NCBI GenBank assembly: GCA_964507185.1
Contig: CAZDOY010000013.1
Location: forward strand, 6,079 to 70,078
DNA: 64,000 bases
Direction of reading: 5' to 3'
From: an uncultured Thermoanaerobaculia bacterium
Lineage (GTDB): Bacteria; Acidobacteriota; UBA4820; DSQY01
The position numbers were made by a program, and so were the translations under genes. The notes below the pieces were generated by a model. It made no database searches. It was not told the DNA's origin and was given only the letters and a program-made list of their open reading frames with translations. Numbering within the stretch: the first letter of the stretch is position 1; the number at the start of each line of letters is the position of its first letter. This document shows, in pieces, positions 19,637-30,266 of this stretch.

Positions 19637-21751
19637 TCAATCCGTTTCTTCTGTCTCGAGTTCCTGAATGCGGCGTTTTATGATGCTCTCCGCAAGTTCT
19701 GGTATGACTTCCCAGGCCACCGGCTTCACGATGTCCGGCAGCAAGGCCTTTACCTCATCTGAGACGAGGTCTCGGCTGATGGCCTTGACGGTCTCGCGGA
19801 TGATATCCGGGGCCATTTCCTCGGTCACCTGGCCCACCACCCCGGGGGCGGTTTCCTGGGCGGCCTGCCTTATGGCTTGGGGAAGGGATTGTTCGATGGC
19901 CCTGGACACTGCAGAGGCGGCCTCCGTCTCCGCTATCGGCTTGACCAGATCCGGGAGATTCTCGCCCGCTGACTGACGGACCATCTCCGGTATCACGCCT
20001 CCGAGGATCTCCCTGCCCAGGTCCGGTACAATCCTGCCAGCCGATTCCCTCACCGCGTCAGGCACCGCCTGCCCCAGGATCTCGTTGATCCTGGCTGACG
20101 CAATATCTCCGATGGCTTTTTCCACAGCCGCCCCGACCGCATCATTCACCGCTCGTTCCACGGCGGGACCGATCAGGCGCTCCAGTGCATCCTCGACCAT
20201 CTTCTCGATTTCGGCGCGGTCGGCGGGCTCCGGCACAGCCGCCTGTTTTGCGGCGGGCTCTTCGGGGCCGGCGGTATCGCTTCCAGCCGCAAATGCGGGC
20301 GCCTCTTCGGAGGGTTTCTCTTCCAGAGACTCCGCTGCCCCGGTCTCATGTCCCGGTGCCTGTCCTTCCAGGCCGGCAGCGGTCTCGGACTCCACGGCCG
20401 AGATCTCTCCCTCGGCAATCGCTTCTACCGATTCCGCTTCGCCTTCGTAAGGCATAAAGGGGCTCTCTTCGAGGGATTTGCCCGCTTCGTCCTCTTCTCC
20501 GGGTTGCTCTTTCATACTCCCAACGGCTTCTTCGGGCGATGAAGCCCCGAGGTCGCCCAACTCGTAAGCCTGGCCGGCGTCCGCCTCAGCCTCGGATGTT
20601 GCATCCCCGGAAGGTTGCTCCGAGGGGAGTTGGGCTTCCTCGTCCAAGAGCTTTTGCGCTTCGGAGACCATCTCCTGCTGCGCGGTGAGTTCGTGGACGA
20701 TGGGTGGGGGTTCCTCGGTCTCGATTTCTTCGAAAGGCTGATCGAATGCGGTGGGTTCGAAAGACGCCGGCGATTCCGCACCCGCATCCCGTTCCGCAGC
20801 GGGTTCCGGCTCCATCCCGGCCGTCGCGGATGCCTCCTGCTCCGCCGGTTGAAGGTGCACGTCCGGCGCCTCCAACGTTTCCGCCGGTGTAACTACTTCG
20901 TCGAAGGCCGCCTCCGGGATTTCGTCTTCGGGCATGATCTCGCCGATATCCACCGCCTCAGGGAAGGCGTCTTCCTCCGGCTTCGGCGCACCTAGGTCCG
21001 CCGTGGTCTCGGCCTCAAGATCTTCCTGGCCGACGGCTTCCACGTCCGAACTCTCGAGCACGAGTTCCTGCGCTTCGGAGTCCGCGGACTCAGCAGTGGG
21101 TTCTGAGTAAAGGTCGGAAGCGACTTCGAGATCGTCCGCCTCCCCTGCCCTTCTGGCCGAGATGACGGTCTGCTCTATGGAGGATTCTGAGGGCAGCTCA
21201 TTCGCGCCCTCGGGCATCTCGTATTCCAGCTCGGGGCTTATGAAGGCGCCGCTTTCTTCCGAGGTGCCGGCATCTGCCTCCTCGGCTACGGAGTGAGGCC
21301 GTTCCTCGGAAGACACGACGAATTCCTGTCGACTGTGGAATATCTGAGCCGATTCTTCGTGATCAGGGGCCGTGTAGACTACCCTCTTGCTAAGAAGCTC
21401 CTCGACTTTGTCCACCAGCATCTTGGAGTCGAAGGGCTTCGTGATGTACGTATCGGCACCGGACGAACGCGCTTTGTCCTCGTCGAAAGGCTCGAACGTG
21501 CCTGTCAATAGAATGACGGGAATGGATGAATAACCGGGATCACTCTTGACGAAAGAAGCGACCTCGTAACCGTTCATCTCGGGCATTATGACATCGCACA
21601 GAAGGATGTCGGGGCGGTCTTCCTTGATCTTCTCCACGGCGGCTCTGCCGTTGGAGACGCACGAGACCTCGTAATCCTCTTCGACAAACGTTAGCTCCAC
21701 CACTTTCTGTATGGTGACGCTGTCATCGGCTAAAAGAATCTTCTTCGGCAT
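19637..21751 (-). CDS. Response regulator: N-terminal REC domain, long acidic low-complexity linker and a C-terminal domain of 11-residue amphipathic repeats
   Basis: REC motifs (LLADDS...D at CDVIMP...K at TKPF). About 330 residues are rich in E, A, P and S. The C-terminal repeats are of the type VPDAVRESAGRI / VPDLGREILGG / LPDIVKPVAWEVIPELAESII. Confidence 0.75.
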   Translation of the reverse strand: MPKKILLADDSVTIQKVVELTFVEEDYEVSCVSNGRAAVEKIKEDRPDILLCDVIMPEMNGYEVASFVKSDPGYSSIPVILLTGTFEPFDEDKARSSGADTYITKPFDSKMLVDKVEELLSKRVVYTAPDHEESAQIFHSRQEFVVSSEERPHSVAEEADAGTSEESGAFISPELEYEMPEGANELPSESSIEQTVISARRAGEADDLEVASDLYSEPTAESADSEAQELVLESSDVEAVGQEDLEAETTADLGAPKPEEDAFPEAVDIGEIMPEDEIPEAAFDEVVTPAETLEAPDVHLQPAEQEASATAGMEPEPAAERDAGAESPASFEPTAFDQPFEEIETEEPPPIVHELTAQQEMVSEAQKLLDEEAQLPSEQPSGDATSEAEADAGQAYELGDLGASSPEEAVGSMKEQPGEEDEAGKSLEESPFMPYEGEAESVEAIAEGEISAVESETAAGLEGQAPGHETGAAESLEEKPSEEAPAFAAGSDTAGPEEPAAKQAAVPEPADRAEIEKMVEDALERLIGPAVERAVNDAVGAAVEKAIGDIASARINEILGQAVPDAVRESAGRIVPDLGREILGGVIPEMVRQSAGENLPDLVKPIAETEAASAVSRAIEQSLPQAIRQAAQETAPGVVGQVTEEMAPDIIRETVKAISRDLVSDEVKALLPDIVKPVAWEVIPELAESIIKRRIQELETEETD

Positions 21752-22187
21752 CCATGCCCCCTATCCGGTCCGTGTCATTGTACCGAAGTCCTAGCGCACT
21801 GTAAAGCTTGTCGACACGCACACATTCCGCCGTCCGATCCGCGACGTCGATAGTTCCGATAATAAAACCGTTAGTTGTGTCTTCTTCCCATTCCTGCGGC
21901 GTGCAATCCGGCGGCAGCATGTCGGGCTCTCCGCCGGCTAGAGCCAGGAGCCGTCCGGACAGCCCCAGGATCAACAGCATGCGGTTCGCGTCATCGCCGG
22001 CGCCCCAGAAGGACGCGCGCAAGACGGGGATGGCCTCCCCCTCGCCTTCCAGCACACCGAGCAGCCATTCCTTGCTTCGCGGTATCGGCAAAGGCTCTTC
22101 CCATTCTCGCACGGACTTGACCGTTTCCACGGGAAAGGCGAGTCTTCGCCCTCCGGCGCTGAAGAGAACGAATCGCCGCGCGTTCAT
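21723..22187 (-). CDS. cheW: CheW-like coupling protein
   Basis: RRFVLFSAGGRRLAFPVETVKSV...IPRSKEWLLGVLEGEGEAIPVL is the CheW fold. Start ATG at 22187 is preceded by GGGAGGGAAG. It has a 4-nt overlap with the upstream CheW-like gene. Confidence 0.7.
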   Translation of the reverse strand: MNARRFVLFSAGGRRLAFPVETVKSVREWEEPLPIPRSKEWLLGVLEGEGEAIPVLRASFWGAGDDANRMLLILGLSGRLLALAGGEPDMLPPDCTPQEWEEDTTNGFIIGTIDVADRTAECVRVDKLYSALGLRYNDTDRIGGMDAEEDSFSR

Positions 22188-22555
22188 CGCTTCCCTCCCA
22201 AGACTTCCGGGGCAACCACAAAGAACCTCCCTTTCCGGCCCCAGAGGATGCCCCTGCACCAGCCGGGTGTGCGCTCGAAAAGGTCCGAAGGTACGGACTC
22301 GTACCGGAGGGGTTGGACCGACTCGCCGAGGAGAACGTCGCCCACGTACCAGCACGATCCGTTCTCGAGAAGCACCAGCACGCCCGGCAACTCCGAGTCC
22401 GGCTTTGACCGCAGTTCTCTGGACAGATCCGCTGCGGTCGGTGCGTACGCCGCGTAATCCTCGTCCGCCCCGTGGAGAACCCTGTGCACCGCGGACACAG
22501 GGACCGCGATGTTCACGCTGGTGCCTACTCTGAGAAACACCCAGCCCTCCGGCAT
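22184..22555 (-). CDS. CheW-like domain protein (divergent)
   Basis: WVFLRVGTSVNIAVPVSAVHRVL...VLVLLENGSCWYVGDVLLGESVQ has a CheW-like pattern. It is the first gene of the CheW-CheW-REC unit. Confidence 0.5.
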   Translation of the reverse strand: MPEGWVFLRVGTSVNIAVPVSAVHRVLHGADEDYAAYAPTAADLSRELRSKPDSELPGVLVLLENGSCWYVGDVLLGESVQPLRYESVPSDLFERTPGWCRGILWGRKGRFFVVAPEVLGGKR

Positions 22556-22995
22556 TGAGCGAGCCTCCCCGTATCCATCAATGGCGCTGAGCCGCAGGAT
22601 GAGTCGGCGACATGATCACCTAATATAGTGCCATGAATTCGGCAACGGGAACAGCACCACGCGTGTCCTCGTCCGGCCGGCCGCTGCCCTCTCCTCCGCG
22701 AGCATGGCGCCTCCTCGACCGAAGGACTTGGGGGGATATGCCCCAGAATAAGCGCCTCCCCGGAGCCGGGGTCCCTAGTCTCCTTTGCCTTTGGGCTGAA
22801 TCATCCTATAATTGATTTTCTTGCGGATTTCTCGTTGAGAGCCCGCTGCTGGAGAACCCTGATAGTGCTGTGCACCTTCACCGTAGCCGACTCCGCCCGC
22901 GGAGACGATCAGCTTCAGGTGCGGCGACAGCCCACCCTGAGGCCTGGATGGTCGCGTGACGCGGCGGCACCCGGAATTTTTCATGGAGAGTTTCT

Positions 22996-25900
22996 ATGGC
23001 AAGGCCGAAAATAACCCTTGACGGCAATGAAGCCGCTGCCTTCGTAGCCCATAAAGTGAACGAAGTGTGCGCGATCTACCCGATTACACCATCCTCCCCG
23101 ATGGGCGAGTGGGCCGACCAGTGGTCGTCGGAAGGCAAGGCGAACATCTGGGGGACGATTCCCCAGGTCGTCGAATTACAGAGCGAGGGGGGCGCATCGG
23201 GCGCCGTCCACGGAGCCCTTCAGTCCGGGGCCCTGACAACGACCTTCACGGCGTCCCAGGGACTCCTGCTCATGATCCCCAACATGTACAAGATCGCCGG
23301 TGAACTGACCTCGACGGTCTTCCACGTGTCGGCCCGGACGGTCGCCACGCACGCCCTCTCGATCTTCGGCGATCACAGCGATGTGATGGCCGCCAGATCC
23401 ACCGGCTGGGGATTTCTGGCTTCGTCTTCCATCCAGGAAATCATGGACATGGCCCTCATCTCTCAGGCGGCCACGCTCGAAGGACGCGTTCCCATCGTCC
23501 ACTTCTTCGACGGCTTCAGGAGTTCCCACGAGGTCCAGAAAATAGAGCAGCTAACCGTCGAAGACATGAAGGCCATGATCGACAACGGACTGGTCCGCGC
23601 CCATCGCGCACGCGCCCTCTCCCCCGATCGTCCAGTCCTGAGAGGTACGGCGCAGAACCCCGACGTGTTCTTCCAGGCGCGTGAGGCCGCAAATCCCTTC
23701 TACGAAGCATTTCCAGCCATCGTGCAGAAGGCCATGGACAAGTTCGCCTCGGTCGTCGGGCGGCAGTATCACCTGTTCGACTACGCGGGGGCGCCCGACG
23801 CCGAGAGGGTGATCGTCCTCATGGGTTCTGGCGCAGAGACGGCGCTCGAGGCGGTCGACTATCTCTCGAAGCAGGGCGAAAAGATCGGCGCCGTCATCGT
23901 CCGCCTTTTCAGGCCGTTCAGCTCGGAGGCCCTCATAGGGGCTCTCCCGAAGACCGTCAAGTCCGTGGCCGTGCTCGACCGGACGAAAGAACCGGGCGCC
24001 GCAGGCGAACCGCTTTACCAAGACGTCCTTTCCGCCTGCGCCGAGGCCGCGTCCTTCGGCCGGCTCCCCTTCCCCATGCCGAAGATCGTCGGCGGGCGCT
24101 ACGGGCTTTCTTCCAAGGAATTCACGCCCGCCATGGTCAAGGGCGTCTTCGATGAGCTGGCCAAGCCCAAGTTGAAGAACCACTTCTCAGTCGGCATCAA
24201 GGACGACGTGACGGGCAACAGCGTCGATTACGATCCGTCCTTCACCACCGAAGGCGACGACGTCATCCGCTGCCTCTTCTACGGACTGGGGTCCGACGGT
24301 ACCGTCGGCGCCAACAAGAACTCCATCAAGATCATCGGCGGCGAAACCGACAACTACGCGCAGGGCTATTTCGTTTACGATTCCAAAAAGTCCGGGTCCA
24401 TCACCGTTTCGCACCTGCGCTTCGGGCCTCGCCCGATCCGCAGTACCTATCTGGTGACCTCGGCCAATTTCCTGGCCTGCCACGCCTTCGTCTTCCTCGA
24501 GAAGTACGACATGCTCAAGTACCTCGTCCCCGGCGGGACGTTTCTCATCAACAGCCCCTACGGGCCCGAGGATGTCTGGGGCAAGCTGCCTAAGAAGGTC
24601 CAGCAGCAGATCATCGACAAGAAGGCGAAGTTCTACGTGATCGACGGCTACAAGGTGGCCCGGGAAACCGGGATGGGCAGCCGCGTGAACACCATCATGC
24701 AGACCTGCTTCTTCGCCATTTCGGGCGTCCTTCCGAAGGACGAAGCAATTGCCGCCATCAAGAAGGCCATTAAGAAGACCTACGGCGCCAAGGGCGATGA
24801 GATCGTCAACAAGAACTTTGCGGCGGTGGACGGGACCCTGGCCAACCTGCACGAAGTCCAGGTGCCCGAGACCGCAACCAGTGCCCTCGCAATGCCGCCC
24901 GTTGTGTCGGACGAGGCGCCCGAATTCGTCAAGGAGACGCTCGGGAAAATCATCGCCAACGAAGGCGACGATCTCCCCGTCTCGGCCATGCCGGTGGATG
25001 GCACGTTCCCGACGGCCACCGCCCAGTGGGAGAAGCGCAACATCGCCCTGGAGATACCGGTCTGGGACGAAAAGATCTGCATCCAGTGCGGCAAGTGCGC
25101 CCTCGTGTGTCCCCACGCCGCAATCCGCATCAAGGTCTACGACGAGAGCCATCTGAAGAATGCGCCGGCCACCTTCAAGTCCGTGGATTATAAGGGGCTC
25201 GAATTCAAGGGGATGAAGTACACGGTCCAGGTCGCACCCGAGGACTGCACGGGATGCGCGGCATGCGCTTACATCTGCCCCGCAAAAGACAAGAGCAACG
25301 TCAAGCACAAGTCCCTCGACATGGCCGATCAGATGCCGCTGCGCGAACCCGAGCGCGAAAACTTCAATTTCTTCCTCTCGTCGCTGCCCGAGGTGGACAG
25401 GACGGCCGTGAAGATAGGGACGGTCAAGGGTTCACAGTTCCTGCAGCCCCTGTTCGAGTTCTCCGGCGCCTGTGCCGGTTGCGGCGAGACGCCCTACGTC
25501 AAGCTCGTAAGCCAGCTCTTCGGAGACCGGGCCATCATCGCCAACGCCACGGGATGTTCCTCGATCTACGGCGGAAACCTCCCCACCACGCCCTGGGCGG
25601 TCAACCCGGACGGCCGGGGACCGACCTGGTCCAACTCGCTCTTCGAGGACAACGCCGAATTCGGGTACGGCTTTCGGCTCACCATCGACAAGCATACCGA
25701 ATACGCCAGGGAACTCCTGACCAGGCTCGCGCCACAGGTCGGCGAGGATCTTGCCTCCGACTTGCTCGGGGCCGATCAGTCCGACGAGGCCGGCATCGCC
25801 GCACAGCGCAAGCGCGTGGACGCGTTGAAAGCCAAGCTCAAGGACAGGAACGACGAAGAATCCAAGGACCTCCTCTCCCTGGCCGACATGCTCGTCAATA

Positions 25901-26577
25901 AGAGCGTCTGGATCATGGGAGGCGACGGCTGGGCCTACGACATCGGCTACGGCGGCCTCGATCACGTCCTGGCGTCCGGCCGGAACGTGAACGTCCTTGT
26001 GCTCGACACAGAGGTCTACTCGAACACGGGTGGGCAGTGCTCAAAGGCAACGCCCATAGGGGCCGTCGCCAAGTTCGCGGCCAGTGGAAAGCCCCTGCCG
26101 AAGAAGGACCTGGGCATGATCGCCATGACCTACGGGAACATCTACGTGGCACGGGTGGCCATGGGCGCCAGCGATAACCAGACGGTCAAGGCCATCATCG
26201 AAGCCGAAGCCTACGACGGTCCCTCTCTCATCATCGCCTACAGCCACTGCATAGCGCACGGCTTCAACCTGACAGAGGGCATGGCCCACCAGAAAGAGGC
26301 CGTCGAATGCGGCGCGTGGCCGCTGTTCCGCTACAACCCGGATCTGGCGAAGGAAGGTAAGAACCCACTCAAGCTCGATTCCAGGCCCCCAAAGATCACG
26401 TACGCCGACTACGCCATGACGGAAACCCGGTTCAAGATGCTCACCAAGAGCCACCCGGATCGGGCCAGGCAGCTCATGGAAATCGGTGATGCGGAGCTCA
26501 AGACGCGTTGGCACCTCTACGAGCAACTCGCCGCCATGACCTGCGGCAACGAGGAAAAGGAAGAAGCCAAATCGTAG
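22996..26577 (+). CDS. nifJ: Pyruvate:ferredoxin (flavodoxin) oxidoreductase, single-polypeptide PFOR
   Basis: 1193 aa. N-terminus MARPKITLDGNEAAAFVAHKV. Ferredoxin-domain CIQCGKCALVCP and CTGCAACAYICP. TPP-binding GGDGWAYDIG. Confidence 0.95.
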   Translation: MARPKITLDGNEAAAFVAHKVNEVCAIYPITPSSPMGEWADQWSSEGKANIWGTIPQVVELQSEGGASGAVHGALQSGALTTTFTASQGLLLMIPNMYKIAGELTSTVFHVSARTVATHALSIFGDHSDVMAARSTGWGFLASSSIQEIMDMALISQAATLEGRVPIVHFFDGFRSSHEVQKIEQLTVEDMKAMIDNGLVRAHRARALSPDRPVLRGTAQNPDVFFQAREAANPFYEAFPAIVQKAMDKFASVVGRQYHLFDYAGAPDAERVIVLMGSGAETALEAVDYLSKQGEKIGAVIVRLFRPFSSEALIGALPKTVKSVAVLDRTKEPGAAGEPLYQDVLSACAEAASFGRLPFPMPKIVGGRYGLSSKEFTPAMVKGVFDELAKPKLKNHFSVGIKDDVTGNSVDYDPSFTTEGDDVIRCLFYGLGSDGTVGANKNSIKIIGGETDNYAQGYFVYDSKKSGSITVSHLRFGPRPIRSTYLVTSANFLACHAFVFLEKYDMLKYLVPGGTFLINSPYGPEDVWGKLPKKVQQQIIDKKAKFYVIDGYKVARETGMGSRVNTIMQTCFFAISGVLPKDEAIAAIKKAIKKTYGAKGDEIVNKNFAAVDGTLANLHEVQVPETATSALAMPPVVSDEAPEFVKETLGKIIANEGDDLPVSAMPVDGTFPTATAQWEKRNIALEIPVWDEKICIQCGKCALVCPHAAIRIKVYDESHLKNAPATFKSVDYKGLEFKGMKYTVQVAPEDCTGCAACAYICPAKDKSNVKHKSLDMADQMPLREPERENFNFFLSSLPEVDRTAVKIGTVKGSQFLQPLFEFSGACAGCGETPYVKLVSQLFGDRAIIANATGCSSIYGGNLPTTPWAVNPDGRGPTWSNSLFEDNAEFGYGFRLTIDKHTEYARELLTRLAPQVGEDLASDLLGADQSDEAGIAAQRKRVDALKAKLKDRNDEESKDLLSLADMLVNKSVWIMGGDGWAYDIGYGGLDHVLASGRNVNVLVLDTEVYSNTGGQCSKATPIGAVAKFAASGKPLPKKDLGMIAMTYGNIYVARVAMGASDNQTVKAIIEAEAYDGPSLIIAYSHCIAHGFNLTEGMAHQKEAVECGAWPLFRYNPDLAKEGKNPLKLDSRPPKITYADYAMTETRFKMLTKSHPDRARQLMEIGDAELKTRWHLYEQLAAMTCGNEEKEEAKS

Positions 26578-26652
26578 TACTCGGGCGGGTGGGTGCACGT
26601 CGCCATTGTCCCTTTTGGCCCGGCCCATTCCCTTTCTGCATGGGGTAAAAAA

Positions 26653-27642
26653 ATGGATCTATCGACCAAGTATCTCGGTTTAAATCTCAAAAATCCGCTC
26701 GTCGCCTCGGCGAGCCCGCTCTGTTCCGACCTGGAAACGCTCACACACATGGAAGAAACGGGCCTCTCGGCCGTCGTGCTGGAGAGCCTTTTCGAAGAAC
26801 AGATCCGCAAAGAAGAGCAGACCCTCGATCATTTCCTGACCCAGGGAACGGAGAGCTTCGCCGAGGCTCTCTCCTACTTCCCAGAGCCCTCGTCCTTCGA
26901 CCGCGGCCCCGAGGAGTACCTCGAATACATCCGGAAGGCCAAGGAGGCCGTATCCATCCCTGTGATCGCCAGCCTCAACGGCGTGTCTTCCGGGGGGTGG
27001 ATGGACTATGCAAAGCGCATCCAGGAAGCGGGAGCTGACGCCCTCGAGCTCAATATCTACTACATCCCAACGGACCTCAACATGCCCGGCGAGAAGGTCG
27101 AACAGATGTACATCGACAACGTGAAAACCGTGTGCTCGGCCGTGAGCATTCCAGTTGCCGTCAAGCTGAGCCCCTTTTTCAGCAATATGGCCAACATGGC
27201 TGCCCGACTGGATAAGGCGGGAGCGCGCGGGCTCGTCCTCTTCAACCGCTTTTACCAGCCCGACATCGATCTTGAGAAACTCGAGGTGGTGCCCAACCTC
27301 GTCCTGTCCACGCCCGAAGAAATGCGTCTTCCCCTGCGATGGATCGCAATCCTGTACGGCCGCATAGAGGCCGACCTCGCCGGAACAAGCGGGATTCATC
27401 GCGCCGAGGACGTCCTCAAGATGCTCATGGCGGGCGCGAAGGTGGCCATGATGACATCCGCCCTCCTGGTACACGGAATCGGAAGAGCCGCAGATATCCT
27501 CAAGGCGATGACCGCCTGGATGGAAGAGCACGAATACGAATCCGTCGAGCAGATGACCGGGAGCATGAGCCAGAAATCCTGCCCCGAACCTTCTGCCTTC
27601 GAGCGGGCCAACTACATGAAGGTGCTGCAGAGTTACAAGTGA
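26653..27642 (+). CDS. Dihydroorotate dehydrogenase-like (PyrD family, TIM-barrel FMN) protein
   Basis: [25 protein letters not shown]-terminus typical of the class-1 DHOD-like family. The ATG at 26653 is internal to the longer ORF. Confidence 0.7.
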   Translation: MDLSTKYLGLNLKNPLVASASPLCSDLETLTHMEETGLSAVVLESLFEEQIRKEEQTLDHFLTQGTESFAEALSYFPEPSSFDRGPEEYLEYIRKAKEAVSIPVIASLNGVSSGGWMDYAKRIQEAGADALELNIYYIPTDLNMPGEKVEQMYIDNVKTVCSAVSIPVAVKLSPFFSNMANMAARLDKAGARGLVLFNRFYQPDIDLEKLEVVPNLVLSTPEEMRLPLRWIAILYGRIEADLAGTSGIHRAEDVLKMLMAGAKVAMMTSALLVHGIGRAADILKAMTAWMEEHEYESVEQMTGSMSQKSCPEPSAFERANYMKVLQSYK

Positions 27643-27784
27643 ACGATGGCCCTGCCCGAACCCGACAAGATAGTCCGATGATAAGAGAGGGAGTCACTCC
27701 GTGCTGGCTCCCTCTTTTCTTGGACCGCATCCCGGACCGGACCCGGCCGGAGAACCGCTCCGGCGACATACGGAGGAGAGACCT

Positions 27785-29083
27785 ATGAACGAAACACCGT
27801 CACGAGAAGTGCCGGAATTCAAATTGGGGGAACGTGAACGGCGCGAACTCCTTGAGCGCTTCCTGAGATACGCGCGGATCAACACCCGCTCGAGCGAGAC
27901 CTCCGAGACCTTCCCTTCGACCTCCTGCCAGTTCGATCTCCTCAGGCTCTTGGAAAAGGAACTAAAGGAAATAGGGCTCCAGGATGTCGGCCTGGACGAG
28001 TGCGGCTACCTCTTCGCCACCCTCCCGTCGAACCTGTCCGATGACATCAAAGCCCCCGTCGTGGGCTACCTCAGCCACGTGGACACCTACTGCGGGACGA
28101 ATAGCGACAGCGTGAAGCCCCAGGTCATCGAGGACTACCGAGGCGGTGACATCGTCCTGCCCGGAAATCCGGACCTGAAGATCGCGGAAGCCGACAATCC
28201 CCTGCTCGGAAAGTGTCACGGTCACACCATCATCACGGCCGACGGCACCACGCTGCTCGGGGCGGACGACAAGGCCGGGGTGGCCGAGATAGTAACCATG
28301 ATGGACTGGCTCGTGCGCCACCCCGAGGTCCCCCATGGAACCGTGCGCGTGGGATTTACGCCGGACGAGGAAACGGGCAACGGAACTCGATTTTTCAACG
28401 TCGAACGTTTCGACGCGCGGGCGGCCTACACGTTCGACGGCTCGGAGCTGGGTGAGATCGAGGACGAGACCTTCTGTGGAGATTCCGCGACTGTGACAGT
28501 CACCGGCCTCGACATCCACCCCGGAAAAGCCAAGGACAGGATGATCAACGCTCTCCGCGTGGGCGCCTACCTCATCGGGCGGCTCCCCGTTGAGCACCTC
28601 CCCGAGACGACCGAAAAACGTGAATCCTACGTCCACCCCTACGTCATCGGAGGAGAGGTCGGGAAGGTCGAGATAAAGTTCATCGTGCGCGGATTCACGG
28701 TCGAGGATCTGAGGGCCAGGGAAAACGACCTCCTGGCCGTGGCCAGGGATGCCGAGTCGGCCTTTCCCGGAACAAAAGTGGAGGTCCTCATCCAGGAGTC
28801 CTACCGCAACATGAAAGTGGTGCTGGACAAGTATCCGCAGGTCCTTAACCTGGCGGAGGAGGCCATCAGGCGGGCCGGCGCCGACCCCATCCGCAGCTAT
28901 ATCAGAGGGGGCACTGACGGTTCGGCTCTCTGTTTCAAAGGCCTGCCGACGCCCAACATCTTTGCGGGCGGCACCAATTTCCACGGGCTCAAGGAATGGG
29001 CCAGCCTGGATTGGATGCTGAAGGCGGTGGAGACGGGACTTCACCTGACCTATCTGTGGGGATGCGAGAAAGAGATGCCATAA
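27785..29083 (+). CDS. pepT: Peptidase T (tripeptide aminopeptidase, M20B)
   Basis: LERFLRYARINTRS, SHVDT, GADDKAGVAEI and GFTPDEETG metal-ligand motifs. GGAGGAGAG RBS 5 nt upstream of the ATG. Confidence 0.85.
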   Translation: MNETPSREVPEFKLGERERRELLERFLRYARINTRSSETSETFPSTSCQFDLLRLLEKELKEIGLQDVGLDECGYLFATLPSNLSDDIKAPVVGYLSHVDTYCGTNSDSVKPQVIEDYRGGDIVLPGNPDLKIAEADNPLLGKCHGHTIITADGTTLLGADDKAGVAEIVTMMDWLVRHPEVPHGTVRVGFTPDEETGNGTRFFNVERFDARAAYTFDGSELGEIEDETFCGDSATVTVTGLDIHPGKAKDRMINALRVGAYLIGRLPVEHLPETTEKRESYVHPYVIGGEVGKVEIKFIVRGFTVEDLRARENDLLAVARDAESAFPGTKVEVLIQESYRNMKVVLDKYPQVLNLAEEAIRRAGADPIRSYIRGGTDGSALCFKGLPTPNIFAGGTNFHGLKEWASLDWMLKAVETGLHLTYLWGCEKEMP

Positions 29084-29249
29084 TGGCGCACTTTTCTCTC
29101 GAATATCCTCTTTTCCGGGCGTGTTTTCACGGGTGGCTCTTGACAGAGCCACCCGTTTCAGTAGTACATAGGCTCATCAGTGGAGCCCGGGCAGATTCCT
29201 GGTGGCTCAGGTCCAGAAACGTAACGCGAGCCGATCTGAGAGGTTGGCC

Positions 29250-29978
29250 ATGAAAAGCGCCGTCTCAAAGGGCCACATTTCGCTCTGCGGAAGACGCGTC
29301 GTGTACACCGTACGACGAAATCCCCGAGCCAGGAGAATCTGGGTCAAGGTGGAGGACGGCGACGGGCTCGTGCTCGTTCTTCCACCGCGCGTCCACGCCT
29401 CCTCGGCAACGGATATAATCCGCCGCCACAGGGAGTGGATTGTCGCCCGGCTGGCAGAGCGCGATGAACTTCGCGCGCAGGCCCCCGCGCCGATCGGCGA
29501 GAGTTCGACCGTCTTCTACCTGGGAAGGCCTATTCCACTCCGCGTCCGCAACTGCGCCTGTGCAAAGCCAAGCGTTGCGTGGCATCGCAACGAAGTTGTG
29601 GTAACGGTTCCTCGCGACGAGGCGCCGCCTATCTCTGAAGTCCTCCTTCAGGCCTACCGGGAACGGGCGAAGGAGGTGTTCCGCAGGCGCATCGAGGTGT
29701 TCTCGCAACTTCTGGGCGCCTTCCCCAAGAAAGTCTCCATAAGGGACCAGAAGACCCGCTGGGGTGCCTGCACGAGCAGAGGAACCCTGACGTTCAATTG
29801 GCGCTTGGTCCTCGCGCCTCCTGCCGTCCTGGACTACGTCGTCATTCATGAGCTGTGCCACCTCCGCTTCCCCAATCACGGACCGCGGTTCTGGCAGGCC
29901 GTGGACCAGATATGCCCACGATACGAGAACTACAAGTCCTGGCTCAGGCTCAACGGACACAGGCTGCGCGTGGATTGA
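29250..29978 (+). CDS. YgjP/DUF45 (M48/SprT-like) metal-dependent hydrolase
   Basis: C-terminal HEXXH (VIHELCHL) in the DUF45 context RWGACTSRGTLTFNWRL. The start is at the internal ATG, which has GAGAGG upstream. Confidence 0.7.
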   Translation: MKSAVSKGHISLCGRRVVYTVRRNPRARRIWVKVEDGDGLVLVLPPRVHASSATDIIRRHREWIVARLAERDELRAQAPAPIGESSTVFYLGRPIPLRVRNCACAKPSVAWHRNEVVVTVPRDEAPPISEVLLQAYRERAKEVFRRRIEVFSQLLGAFPKKVSIRDQKTRWGACTSRGTLTFNWRLVLAPPAVLDYVVIHELCHLRFPNHGPRFWQAVDQICPRYENYKSWLRLNGHRLRVD

Positions 29979-30029
29979 GCACCCTTTTCTCAGGGTGGAG
30001 GGGTGCCGCAAACCTAAAAGGAGAATGCC

Positions 30030-30266
30030 ATGCAAGATCCGGAGATTGCCCGGAAGAGCCCTTACGTTCTCGACGCTGAGCCCGGAGACTACTGGTGGTG
30101 CGCCTGTGGACGCTCCTCCGGCCAGCCTTTCTGCGATGGTTCGCACAAGGGCACCGAATTCAGCCCCGTCAAGATAACAATCGAAGCGCCGAAACGAATG
30201 GCATGGTGCGGTTGCAAGCACTCCTGCGCCAAGCCGGAGTGCGACGGCACGCACAAGACACTCTAA
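30030..30266 (+). CDS. CDGSH iron-sulfur domain protein (two CDGSH-type zinc-finger motifs)
   Basis: WWCACGRSSGQPFCDGSHKG and WCGCKHSCAKPECDGTHK. Confidence 0.8.
   Translation: MQDPEIARKSPYVLDAEPGDYWWCACGRSSGQPFCDGSHKGTEFSPVKITIEAPKRMAWCGCKHSCAKPECDGTHKTL

Noticed and set aside
24187-25308. 373-aa minus-strand ORF inside PFOR
   Set aside because: It is antisense to PFOR and is a composition-driven open frame.
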